From the NCBI GenBank assembly GCA_910585065.1, contig CAJUCG010000001.1:1-61128 (forward strand): a stretch of DNA of 61,128 nucleotides, read 5' to 3'. Source of the stretch: an uncultured Lachnospiraceae bacterium (GTDB taxonomy: Bacteria; Bacillota; Clostridia; Lachnospirales; Lachnospiraceae). The notes beneath the pieces were generated by a model. It saw only the letters and a program-made list of their open reading frames with translations. It searched no databases and was not told the DNA's origin. The number at the start of each line of letters is the position of its first letter. The stretch's first letter is position 1. This document shows positions 14,490 through 23,484 of the stretch, one piece after another. A program made the translations under genes and the position numbers.

Positions 14490-15299
14490 CTATTCGCTCT
14501 GCTTTGCATACAGATCAACGATAAGTTTTACTTCTCCCTGCCCTATCGACAATAGCTTTGATATCTCCTTAATCGATTTTTGCTCCTGGTAAAGGGCAAG
14601 CACTCTTTCCTGACGATCCATCCCCGGTTCCGGTTCTGGCTTTGATGCCTCCGAAGCCATATCCCGCACCGGATTCTCCCTCTCTAATTTTGGCGCGAAT
14701 ACTTCTGTGAGTGCCTCTGCCTGGGTATGCTCCAACTCTGAAATCCCCATCTTTACCACTGGAGTCTGAGAAAGTAAGGATTCGGTCTGCTCGCTTTTTG
14801 CAGGCTTTACAGCTTGTCCCTTGGCGGCGGCTTTTGCCGCATTGCGGCTTGCCACGCGCGCCTTCGCCTGTTTTAACTCCTCAAGCCGGTCAAAAAGTTC
14901 TCTGTTCTCCCGTCTTGTCTGCTCCATCTTGTTCATCGTGGACTTCATCTCGTCTTCTTTCTTTTGGAGCATATCATACAAAAATACAACGGACTGATTG
15001 TTGGTTTCAATTCTCTCAAGCACCTGGCTCGCATACTCATCCACCGCCATAATCTTATCATTGGAAACTTTAGAAAGCTTCTCTTTGACCTCGTCCAACG
15101 CTGCATTACACTCTTTCGTGATCAGGGTATCCAGACGATCCCTGACTTCACTCTCATGCAAAACTGCTGCCTCCTTGATTTTGCGAATCTCCGCATCAGT
15201 ATCCACTTCTTCCTTAGAAGAATTTCTGCCGCCGAGAAAAAAACTTGCCACCACAAAAACAAAGCCCGCGACCAGGATTATAATCTCGTACTCCGTCAT
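14490..15299 (-). CDS. Hypothetical membrane-anchored coiled-coil protein with a C-terminal HTH-like tail (DUF6115-like)
   Basis: The ATG at 15299 follows AAGGAGG. There is a TM helix, long coiled-coil-like segments, and a C-terminal KSIKEISKLLSIGQGEVKLIVDLY. Confidence 0.55.
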   Translation of the reverse strand: MTEYEIIILVAGFVFVVASFFLGGRNSSKEEVDTDAEIRKIKEAAVLHESEVRDRLDTLITKECNAALDEVKEKLSKVSNDKIMAVDEYASQVLERIETNNQSVVFLYDMLQKKEDEMKSTMNKMEQTRRENRELFDRLEELKQAKARVASRNAAKAAAKGQAVKPAKSEQTESLLSQTPVVKMGISELEHTQAEALTEVFAPKLERENPVRDMASEASKPEPEPGMDRQERVLALYQEQKSIKEISKLLSIGQGEVKLIVDLYAKQSE

Positions 15300-15309
15300 T
15301 TGTACCTCC

Positions 15310-15624
15310 TTATATACGCATATCAAAGCCGGAATTCATCTGATCCGTGCCCTCATGTTCGTGCTTCTTTTCTTTTTTGGCACCGTTTTTTCTCTTGTAG
15401 AGCATCCCCTTTCCATTGCCGGAACTCCCGTCATAGCGGTACTCCGGCTGATCGGTCTTTGCCATCATCACCGTCTTGGCAGCGTCCGTCATCACTTTCT
15501 GCTGCTGACTGTTCTGTAAGACGGTCTGCTCGTTGACGGGTTTTTGGACATCGTTGTGACGCTGGAAGGATGCCTCCTGCGATTTCGGCAAGAATGCCGC
15601 AGTTTCTATCGGTGTAATTGCCAT
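15310..15624 (-). CDS. Hypothetical 104-aa Q/K-rich protein
   Basis: ORF packed tightly between fapA and the next gene. No family recognised. Confidence 0.45.
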   Translation of the reverse strand: MAITPIETAAFLPKSQEASFQRHNDVQKPVNEQTVLQNSQQQKVMTDAAKTVMMAKTDQPEYRYDGSSGNGKGMLYKRKNGAKKEKKHEHEGTDQMNSGFDMRI

Positions 15625-15640
15625 TATCTTCCCCCTCTAC

Positions 15641-17236
15641 TTAATATTCCACCATCTTTACATCCGCGCGGTCTTTGATCAGCCTGCAATATTTTAATTC
15701 AGAGCGAATATGGTATGGAGTATTGTATATCACGACTTTGCAGCCGGGGTAAATGATCCCGCTCACCCGGATACAGCCGCCCGACTGCATACCTGCAATT
15801 TCCTCAAGATCATCCATTCGGGAAAGAAAGTACTGGATCTGCTTTTCTAAAACCTCTTTTGCATTTCTTGCCTCCTCAAGCTTCTTTGCCTTATCTGCTG
15901 AGAGCCTCTCCCCCGTCTTCATCCGTCTAGTCAAAACATTGATGGTCTGTGTCGCCGCCTCTAACTCTTCCTCAAGTGCCGGCAAATCATCATTGATCTT
16001 GCGAAATTCCTCCATATAGACTGGATCCGCACCAATCTCAAGAATGGTTGTCGTCCCCATAGTCGAACCTGCCGTCCGCACGGAAATACAACTTCCGGAA
16101 CGGATGGAACCCCCTACCACGAACCCGCGTTTTCCTGTTGCAGTCACATCTCCCTTTGCAGAGACATTGCTGTGTAAAATTGCCTCCGTCGAGACATAGC
16201 CATCACTTTTTACTGTAGCGTTTTCGATAAATTTCGTAATAATATTTCCCTTTGCCTCTAAAATACCACGTCCCATTCCCTGAATTCCACGTTTTAATAC
16301 AATCTGTCCCCCGGCTTTCAGCGTGGCACCTTCCACTACACCATTTACAATAATATCGCCTTCCGCCTCCACGGAAAAGCCCGTGATTACATTGCCGTGA
16401 ATAATCACGCTCCCCGCAAATTTGATATCCCCTGTCGAGGTATCCACATCCGCGGGCACATCGTAAATATTGGAGACAAAGATCTTTCCGCCAATCAGTG
16501 AAACCAACCCGTCCACCTCCGAATAAAGCTCTAAGCCATCATCCGAAAGACAAGTGTTCTTCTCTGGGCGAAGTGTCACTTTTTTAGCTGTAGCAGGGGC
16601 GATCGGCCGTCCCATAACATCGATCCCAGGCTTTCCCATAACCGCAGGCGTAAGCGTGACAAGCTTGTCGCCCTCCTGCACATGGCAGATAGTTTCAATC
16701 TGGTGAAAGTCCACGCTGCCGTCCTGATTTAATTTCGGTTTTCGCGAAAGGTCAGTATTAAAATGATAGGTTAATATAGCATTTTTTCCATCCACCTGAG
16801 GCATTGCCTCCGCAATCAGATAGGTGTAACAATATTGCCTGTCTTCGAGAAACTTGTCAATTGCCTTTTCTTTCGCACCAAATTTTATTCCTGCGCGCAC
16901 AAGTTCGCTCACAATCTCTGCTTTTGTCAGACAGGCACCATTATCCATCGGAGGGTAGAATCTCGCAATCGCCTTTTTTTTATCCTCCGAGATTTGAATA
17001 AAAATATATTCTTTTTCCTTCATATGTGGTTTTCCTGTCAGCTTTATGCTCGTCGCCTCAGAAAAACTTGACACTGCCCGCATCAGGGGTTCCCTGTCAT
17101 ACTCGATCTGCTTTACGCGCAGATACGAGTCAATCTCTTTAAAATTCAGCTTATTCTGTTCACAACCCGGAAATAACAGCAAATAAGTGCCGTCCGCCTG
17201 TGTCTGAAGCTGAAAATATGCATTTTTATTTGCCAC
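15641..17236 (-). CDS. fapA: Flagellar assembly protein A family (FapA/DUF342)
   Basis: N-terminal AYFQL...DGTYLLLFPG, a beta-helix-like repetitive GD(I/V)xxxG core, and a C-terminal coiled coil. Confidence 0.8.
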   Translation of the reverse strand: MANKNAYFQLQTQADGTYLLLFPGCEQNKLNFKEIDSYLRVKQIEYDREPLMRAVSSFSEATSIKLTGKPHMKEKEYIFIQISEDKKKAIARFYPPMDNGACLTKAEIVSELVRAGIKFGAKEKAIDKFLEDRQYCYTYLIAEAMPQVDGKNAILTYHFNTDLSRKPKLNQDGSVDFHQIETICHVQEGDKLVTLTPAVMGKPGIDVMGRPIAPATAKKVTLRPEKNTCLSDDGLELYSEVDGLVSLIGGKIFVSNIYDVPADVDTSTGDIKFAGSVIIHGNVITGFSVEAEGDIIVNGVVEGATLKAGGQIVLKRGIQGMGRGILEAKGNIITKFIENATVKSDGYVSTEAILHSNVSAKGDVTATGKRGFVVGGSIRSGSCISVRTAGSTMGTTTILEIGADPVYMEEFRKINDDLPALEEELEAATQTINVLTRRMKTGERLSADKAKKLEEARNAKEVLEKQIQYFLSRMDDLEEIAGMQSGGCIRVSGIIYPGCKVVIYNTPYHIRSELKYCRLIKDRADVKMVEY

Positions 17237-17248
17237 CCGATTCCTCCT

Positions 17249-18004
17249 CTATCCAAAAAACAAATCCATATTGCCACCAAGCCGGGTTCTCATTTTTTGC
17301 AGCGCCTTTGTATGGAGCTGTGAAATCCGTGATTCAGTCACGCCGAGAACCGCGCTGATCTCCTTTAATGTCAGCTCTTCAAAATAATACAAAAATATTA
17401 CTTTTTGTTCTTTCTCCGTCAGTTCCTTTAATGTGCGTGTAAGGATCTCTTTTAACTCCTTCCGCTCCATAATGCGTTCCGGCTGCACATAGTCCTCGCT
17501 GGTTCGTGTGACCTCCACCTGCGGTTCCCCCGCCTCCATACACTCGTCGAGTGAGACGAGGGCGGAGATCTGTGCCTGCGACTGCAGAGTTAAAAGCTCA
17601 TCAATTGAGATTTCAAGTTCTTTTGCCACTTCCTCTTCCGTTGCCATGCGCCCAGTTTCGGCTTCGATCTTTAAATACGCTGCATCTAATTTTTTTTGTT
17701 TTTGCCGCAGCGTCCTTGGAATCCAATCCATTTTGCGCACTTGATCAAGAATCGCGCCACGAATACGCAGTGAAGCGTAGGTCTCAAATTTTACGCCTTT
17801 ATCGTAATCGAATTTGTCGATCGCATCGATCAGACCAAAAGTTCCATAACCGACAAGATCGTCATATTCCACATTATAGCCCAGATACATGCTTAACTTT
17901 CCCGCCACAATCTTTACCAGCCCGACATACTCTAAAATTAGCTGTTCCCGCAACGCGGCGGTTCGCTTTACACTGTATTCCTCCCATAATTTTTGTTTGT
18001 CCAT
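17249..18004 (-). CDS. fliA: RNA polymerase sigma-28 factor (FliA/SigD/WhiG)
   Basis: Regions 2-4 are present: DDLVGYGTFGLIDAIDKFD, IRGAILDQVR and LTLKEISAVLGVTESRISQLHTKAL. Confidence 0.9.
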   Translation of the reverse strand: MDKQKLWEEYSVKRTAALREQLILEYVGLVKIVAGKLSMYLGYNVEYDDLVGYGTFGLIDAIDKFDYDKGVKFETYASLRIRGAILDQVRKMDWIPRTLRQKQKKLDAAYLKIEAETGRMATEEEVAKELEISIDELLTLQSQAQISALVSLDECMEAGEPQVEVTRTSEDYVQPERIMERKELKEILTRTLKELTEKEQKVIFLYYFEELTLKEISAVLGVTESRISQLHTKALQKMRTRLGGNMDLFFG

Positions 18005-18038
18005 TTTCCACCTTACCCCGCTTCAAACGAAATGTGCC

Positions 18039-18362
18039 TTAAGTTTCCTCCTCGTTTTCGTCGTCCGTGACTTCCTCCCCATCCCCCATATTTTCCACAG
18101 CCGCCATCGCTTCCTCCTGCTCTGCTGCCGCTGCTGCCTGCCTTGCCTCTTCTTCTGCCTGCACTGCGGCCATATACGCATTCTTATTGATCTTAAAAAT
18201 AATATGCTCAATAATTCTGCCTATGACCAGAAAAATGATCAGTACAATCAGCACCGACTGCAGCGTGTTCAAGATTGGAACGCGGTTGATCAGGCAGCAG
18301 AGCGCGGCAATTGCCCCGGCTAAAAGCGTAATCAATGCCGATATATTGTGATTTTTTTCCAT
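18039..18362 (-). CDS. Small two-TM membrane protein with an Ala/Glu-rich acidic tail
   Basis: 107-aa ORF wedged between cheD and fliA. No family recognised. Confidence 0.5.
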   Translation of the reverse strand: MEKNHNISALITLLAGAIAALCCLINRVPILNTLQSVLIVLIIFLVIGRIIEHIIFKINKNAYMAAVQAEEEARQAAAAAEQEEAMAAVENMGDGEEVTDDENEEET

Positions 18363-18390
18363 TTTCCCCTCCCTCCGCCCAAAGCCTACA

Positions 18391-18876
18391 CTACAGTGTT
18401 TTTATTGGCTTCCCGACAGATTTTACAAGGAGTTTGCCGTTTTCCGGGTAAAACTCGATCGTGCGCCCATAATTTAATCCCGTGTCCTCCGCCACAACTG
18501 GAATTCGCAGGGAAGCAAGTTTTCGCTTTACCGCCTCGACATTGCGCAGACCGACTTTTAGCATCTCATTGTCGGAATTAAATGCAAACATCTGTGCGCC
18601 CCCTGCAATCTTAGCGACAAGTGCGGTGCGGCTTGCACCCAGTTTTAGCACACGGTTTAAGAGTTCCTGAATTCCTGTATCTGCAAATTTTGCGACATTT
18701 TCATTATTTCTGATTCTCGCGCTGTCCGGCAGCATTACATGTGCCATGCCGGATATCTTCTTCGCCGGATCATATAGTACGATGCCAACACAGGAGCCAA
18801 GCCCCAGCGTTGTGATTGAATCCGGCGGCAGGCAGACATTTAGATCCGCCATTCCCACTTTTATCATCGTTGCCAT
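18391..18876 (-). CDS. cheD: Chemoreceptor glutamine deamidase CheD
   Basis: TTLGLGSCVGIVLYD...GMAHVMLP catalytic Cys/His context. Confidence 0.9.
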   Translation of the reverse strand: MATMIKVGMADLNVCLPPDSITTLGLGSCVGIVLYDPAKKISGMAHVMLPDSARIRNNENVAKFADTGIQELLNRVLKLGASRTALVAKIAGGAQMFAFNSDNEMLKVGLRNVEAVKRKLASLRIPVVAEDTGLNYGRTIEFYPENGKLLVKSVGKPIKTL

Positions 18877-18884
18877 ATGCTCTC

Positions 18885-19511
18885 CTATAATCCCAGAGAG
18901 GTAAGTATTTGACCATAGGATTCCAAAGTTGGGATCAAAATAAAATAGCCGTTTACTTCTTCACCTACATCTCCGAATTCAGTTTCTATCAATAACGCCT
19001 TATCGCTTATTTTTCCAAATTCAATCGCTGGGACGCTCAAAATTGCCCCCGCCATATCAATTGCCATATAAGGTACGCTCGACGTGATTTTCATATTGGT
19101 CAGTGCAGAGAGAGAGGATAGATACGCACCTGCAATAATATTGCCAATTTCCTGCATTGCAGAAAGTTCCATCTCGGAAAAATCGTCGTCGTCCTCACTG
19201 CCGCTACAAAAACCTCCCATCAATAGTTTAACCATACTCTTGGCTGCCTTCTTTTCTACAAGGAACATCATCATGCCGTCGATATCGTCCTGAAGGGTCA
19301 AGAGAATGCCTACTACAATATTTTCCGCGCCGCCGATCAATTCTCCCAGTTCTTTAAATTCCAAAAGATCAATCTTTGGCACTTTCATATCAATCTTTGA
19401 GGAGAGCATCTGTGACAGAGCCGTCGTTGCATTCCCGGCTCCGATATTGCCAATTTCGCGCAGCACATCAAATTGCATATGGTTCATTTCTTCAAGTTTT
19501 ACTTCAGCCAT
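18885..19511 (-). CDS. cheC: CheY-P phosphatase CheC
   Basis: Duplicated D(V/A)LREIGNIGAGNA and EIGNIIAGAY motifs. Probable ATG at 19511. Confidence 0.85.
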   Translation of the reverse strand: MAEVKLEEMNHMQFDVLREIGNIGAGNATTALSQMLSSKIDMKVPKIDLLEFKELGELIGGAENIVVGILLTLQDDIDGMMMFLVEKKAAKSMVKLLMGGFCSGSEDDDDFSEMELSAMQEIGNIIAGAYLSSLSALTNMKITSSVPYMAIDMAGAILSVPAIEFGKISDKALLIETEFGDVGEEVNGYFILIPTLESYGQILTSLGL

Positions 19512-19568
19512 ATTACACCAAGCCCTTTCTGTTGTCTTACAACTGGGCGGTATGTTCCCCCTGCCCAC

Positions 19569-19646
19569 TCATATAGAAACCCCTTATCCTGCGGGGTTCT
19601 CCTATATGCAAAAAGCCTATAAGGGTTGCCGCATTATGCGGCAACC
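19569..19646 (-). other. Two GC-rich hairpins in the cheW-cheC gap (candidate intra-operon attenuator or processing site)
   Basis: GGGUUGCCGCA-UAA-UGCGGCAACCC (19646..19622) followed by UUAUAGGCUUUUUG, then CAUAUAG-AACCCC...GGGGUU-CUAUAUG (19608..19569). Confidence 0.4.
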
Positions 19647-19654
19647 CCGCCATT

Positions 19655-20113
19655 TTATATTGTGCTTTCCTTCTCCACAACAACCGCCGGGATATTAAGC
19701 AGCGATACTAAACCGTCCGGCTGCTTGCCCACACCGTAAAGGTACGCGCTTCTCTCATCATTGTTCCCGGAAGTCCGGTCAATATTTTCCTCACTCAGTG
19801 TAATCACTTCCTTGACCTCATCCACAATCATGCCGATTGCTGCCTGCGGCTCAATTTTAATGATAAGGATTCTGGTAGCATTCTTGAATTCGTCCGGCTC
19901 TAAGCCAAACTTTAAGCGCAGACTCATCACCGGGATGACTTCGCCGCGAATATTGATAACGCCCTTAAAATATGGCTGTGCCTTCGGCACTCTGGTCACT
20001 CTCTGCATTCTTACAATATTATCCACATACTGGATATCAATTCCATATTGTTCGCTGCCAAGCTTCACAACAATATATTGTTTTTCAAGTTCTTCTATCT
20101 TTTTCTCATCCAT
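19655..20113 (-). CDS. cheW: Chemotaxis coupling protein CheW
   Basis: YIVVKLGSEQYGIDIQYV...GVINIRGEVIPV. Confidence 0.9.
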   Translation of the reverse strand: MDEKKIEELEKQYIVVKLGSEQYGIDIQYVDNIVRMQRVTRVPKAQPYFKGVINIRGEVIPVMSLRLKFGLEPDEFKNATRILIIKIEPQAAIGMIVDEVKEVITLSEENIDRTSGNNDERSAYLYGVGKQPDGLVSLLNIPAVVVEKESTI

Positions 20114-20126
20114 GATATTTCCCTCC

Positions 20127-22271
20127 CTACACCACTAAGACGTTGACATCAAGGATCAGCGCGATCTCGCCGTCGCCAAGGATCGTAGCACCGCTGATAA
20201 GCTTGCTGTTGTTAATATATTTACCAATGGACTTGATCACGATCTCAAGCTGCCCGATCAGATTATCTACAATCAGACCCGCCAACTTATCGCCCTTCTT
20301 TACAATAACGACGGTTAAGCTGACCGGTTCTTCGCCCGTAGGCTCGACATCTAGCACCCTGTCAAGGCGGATCAGAGGGATCACCGAGGAGCGCAGATTG
20401 ATCACTTCTTTATTCTGTACATACTTTACATCATCCAGCGCGATATCCTCAATAGTTTCAATGCTGCCGAGCGGGATCGCATATTTTTCATTTCCAATTT
20501 CTACCATAAGCGTCTGAATAATGGCGAGGGTAAGCGGCAGACGGATAATAAAATTGCTGCCTTCGCCGAGCGTTGTCCGGACTTCGATGCTTCCGCCCAG
20601 AGCCTCAATCTTTGTCTTTACCACGTCAAGACCGACACCGCGCCCGGAAACATCCGAGATAACTTCCGAGGTCGAAAAGCTTGGTCGGAACAAAAGGTCG
20701 ATGATTTCCTTGTCGCTCATCATCTCTGCCTGTTCCTCGTTTATCGTCCCTTTTTGAATCGCTTTTTGCTTTACCTTCTCCACATTGATGCCCGCGCCAT
20801 CGTCGCGCACCTCAATAACAACATTATTGCCCTCCTGGTAAGCGTCAAGGAAAATTGAGCCAACCTCCGGCTTGCCTAAGCGCACGCGCTCCTCATTCGA
20901 TTCAAGACCATGATCGGCCGCATTGCGCAAAAGATGCATTAACGGGTCACCAATCTCATCGATTACCGTGCGGTCAAGCTCTGTGTCCTCACCGGTCATA
21001 TACAGATCCATCTTCTTGCCGAGTTTTTTGCTCAGATCGCGGATCATGCGCGGGAAGCGATTTACCACACTCTCGATCGGCACCATTCGCACTTTCATTA
21101 CGGATTGGTGCAGGTTTGTCGTCACGCGCTCTAAGTATTCAATCTGCTCGTTAAAGCTATTGGCGTGCAGGGAATGCTCACTGTCGCCATTTACGGACAC
21201 AAGCCCGTTCTTTGCGATAATCAACTCGCTGACCAGATTCATTAGATCGTCTAACTTCTCGATATCGACACGTACAGAGCGGTTTACTGCTGCCTTTGCC
21301 GCCGCCTTCGCCGCCTGTTTTGTCTGTGGCTGCGCTGCCACGGCTGCTGCCGCGCTAGCTCCCGCCGGTGCTGTCTGTGCCGGAGTTTCCGCTGTCTGTG
21401 GCGCAGAGACCGAACTTTCCTTTTCCGGCTCAGAGGAAGTGGAAGCTGGGGTTTCTGCTGCCGTCCCAGAAGCCGCAGAGGCCGTTTTCTTCCCTGCAAG
21501 ATCTGCCGGTCCAATCACCACATCGCGGATTTCAGACACATTCATCACCGCCGTGCGAATTTCTTCCTGTGATTTTTTGGTCAACAGCACCATCGAGAAA
21601 TCATAGTCAAATTTCTCATCCTCAATATCCTGCACTTCTGGAACCGACTTGATAATATCGCCGCACTCCTCCAATGCCTTAAAGACAAGAAAGGCTCTGG
21701 CCGCTTTTAAGATACAACTCTGCTGAACAAAAACCGTAATCTCAAAGATATTTTCTCCCTCTTCCTTCGCCTTTAACGCCGCCGTAAGTTCATGTTCTGC
21801 CAACACAAGATGCTTCCCCTGCACAGGGGGATCTACCGATGTGGCAGCCGGGGAAGGAGCCGAGGATGCCGCCACTGCCGTGCCAAGCCCTTCCTCCATC
21901 ACTTTCTGAAGACCATCAATAATATCCTGGTTATCCTCCGTCCCCTCGTCCTGGGTATTGATAATAATATCAAGATAGCTCTCCAGTGCATCAAGACCGC
22001 GGAACAACAGATCAATCAAATTCGGTGTTGCCTTCATCTTGCCGTTGCGTATCTCGGAAAATACATTCTCCATATCATGGGTCAGACGCTGCATCCGCTT
22101 ATATCCCATTGTGCCCGCCATTCCTTTTAAGGAGTGCGCTGCCCGGAAAATCTCGTTGATGGTATCCTCATTTTCCGGTTCCTTCTCGAGAATTAAAATC
22201 TGTTCGTTCAGTTCCTGTAAATGTCCTCTTGTTTCGTCGATAAAGATCCCTAAATATTGGCTTACATCCAT
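20127..22271 (-). CDS. cheA: Chemotaxis histidine kinase CheA
   Basis: HPt FRAAHSLKG, an A/P/S/T-rich linker, HATPase blocks HLLRNAADHG, DDGAGI and GRGVGLDVV, and a C-terminal CheW-like domain. Confidence 0.95.
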   Translation of the reverse strand: MDVSQYLGIFIDETRGHLQELNEQILILEKEPENEDTINEIFRAAHSLKGMAGTMGYKRMQRLTHDMENVFSEIRNGKMKATPNLIDLLFRGLDALESYLDIIINTQDEGTEDNQDIIDGLQKVMEEGLGTAVAASSAPSPAATSVDPPVQGKHLVLAEHELTAALKAKEEGENIFEITVFVQQSCILKAARAFLVFKALEECGDIIKSVPEVQDIEDEKFDYDFSMVLLTKKSQEEIRTAVMNVSEIRDVVIGPADLAGKKTASAASGTAAETPASTSSEPEKESSVSAPQTAETPAQTAPAGASAAAAVAAQPQTKQAAKAAAKAAVNRSVRVDIEKLDDLMNLVSELIIAKNGLVSVNGDSEHSLHANSFNEQIEYLERVTTNLHQSVMKVRMVPIESVVNRFPRMIRDLSKKLGKKMDLYMTGEDTELDRTVIDEIGDPLMHLLRNAADHGLESNEERVRLGKPEVGSIFLDAYQEGNNVVIEVRDDGAGINVEKVKQKAIQKGTINEEQAEMMSDKEIIDLLFRPSFSTSEVISDVSGRGVGLDVVKTKIEALGGSIEVRTTLGEGSNFIIRLPLTLAIIQTLMVEIGNEKYAIPLGSIETIEDIALDDVKYVQNKEVINLRSSVIPLIRLDRVLDVEPTGEEPVSLTVVIVKKGDKLAGLIVDNLIGQLEIVIKSIGKYINNSKLISGATILGDGEIALILDVNVLVV

Positions 22272-22273
22272 AC

Positions 22274-23407
22274 TTAATGTACCCCCACATTCTTCGTGAT
22301 TGCATCTGCTACCGCATCGAGCGGAACGACCTCATCCACAAGCCCTGCCTCGGCCACCACTCTTGGCATACCGTACACAGTACAAGTCGCCTCATTCTGC
22401 GCGATAACGTAGATGTTCTTTTTGTTGTTGAGCTGCTTGATTCCAAGCGTGCCATCCCCTCCCATCCCGGTGAGGACAACGCAAGTAATATCTTCAAAGT
22501 CCAAATCTACAAGAGACTCGTACATGATATCCGCACACGGTCTTAGACCGCCCCGCGCCGGTTCATTTGCATTCTCCGTAATTACGTAATCCCCGCCCCG
22601 CCGCACAACGCGCATCTGACTGCCACCCTGGGCTATGTAGACTGTCCCTTTCCTTAAAACATCCCCCTCAGCTGCCTCCTTGACATTGATCGCGCTCATC
22701 TCGTTTAGACGGTCAGCAAGCGATTTTGTAAATCCCACTGGCATATGCTGCACAAGGATCATCGGCGCGTCAAGCTCTGCTGGAAGTTTAGGAATCACAG
22801 ACTGCAATGCCTTTGGACCGCCGGTAGAGCAGGCAAGTGCCACAAGTTTTTTCGCGCCGCTTCCCACACTTTTATGTGTCGCACGCTTTGTTGGTGCTGA
22901 GGTGACATCATAGAGTGCCCTTGTCGCGGACGGTTTGATTAAGGACGGACGCGCGGAGGAAGGCTCCGGCTTCTCTTTTGGCGGAATCCCGATATCCACC
23001 CCCGTTGCCACACCGACCGTTGATAAAATCCTCTGTTTAAACCGCTCATTGCGCGCCTCCATATAACTGTCCGGCTTCGTTACAAAGTCGAAAGCACCAA
23101 GTTCCAGACAGCGCACTGTTTCCACTGCGCCCTCCTTTGCAAGGGTACTTACCACAATGATTTTCTGACGGATTTTCATTTTGTTCAGCTGTTCCAAAAA
23201 TTGGATGCCATTCATCTTAGGCATATTGATGTCAAGCAAAATTGCCTCGTATTTTTTGGGATCGCGCGTTACAAGATCAAATGCTTCCAGTCCGTTCATC
23301 GCAAGGTCGGAGACCTGGAATCTCTCGTCACTATTTATTATATCAGATATCAGTCTTCTCATAAGTGCAGAATCATCAACAACTAAAATATTTTTTTTGC
23401 TTTCCAT
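22274..23407 (-). CDS. cheB: Protein-glutamate methylesterase/response regulator CheB
   Basis: REC domain (ILVVDDS...LDINMP) plus an esterase domain (ACSTGGPKAL, VQHMP, GMGGDG). Confidence 0.9.
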   Translation of the reverse strand: MESKKNILVVDDSALMRRLISDIINSDERFQVSDLAMNGLEAFDLVTRDPKKYEAILLDINMPKMNGIQFLEQLNKMKIRQKIIVVSTLAKEGAVETVRCLELGAFDFVTKPDSYMEARNERFKQRILSTVGVATGVDIGIPPKEKPEPSSARPSLIKPSATRALYDVTSAPTKRATHKSVGSGAKKLVALACSTGGPKALQSVIPKLPAELDAPMILVQHMPVGFTKSLADRLNEMSAINVKEAAEGDVLRKGTVYIAQGGSQMRVVRRGGDYVITENANEPARGGLRPCADIMYESLVDLDFEDITCVVLTGMGGDGTLGIKQLNNKKNIYVIAQNEATCTVYGMPRVVAEAGLVDEVVPLDAVADAITKNVGVH

Positions 23408-23484
23408 TTTCTTCCTTTCCTTTCCGATTTCGGCACTGTTTCATGACTGTGCCCCGTCCATTTTCATTAAAAAGGTACAAACGA

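Noticed and set aside
20923-21606. Long plus-strand ORFs antisense to flagellar/che genes: 20923..21606 (227 aa), 41130..41855 (241 aa), 44945..45490 (181 aa), 17551..18042 (163 aa), 14964..15536 (190 aa) and 11189..11716 (175 aa).
   Set aside because: All lie fully inside well-supported minus-strand genes and are low-complexity (S/A/P/R-rich) mirror images of repetitive or biased coding sequence. They lack SD sequences and recognisable motifs.
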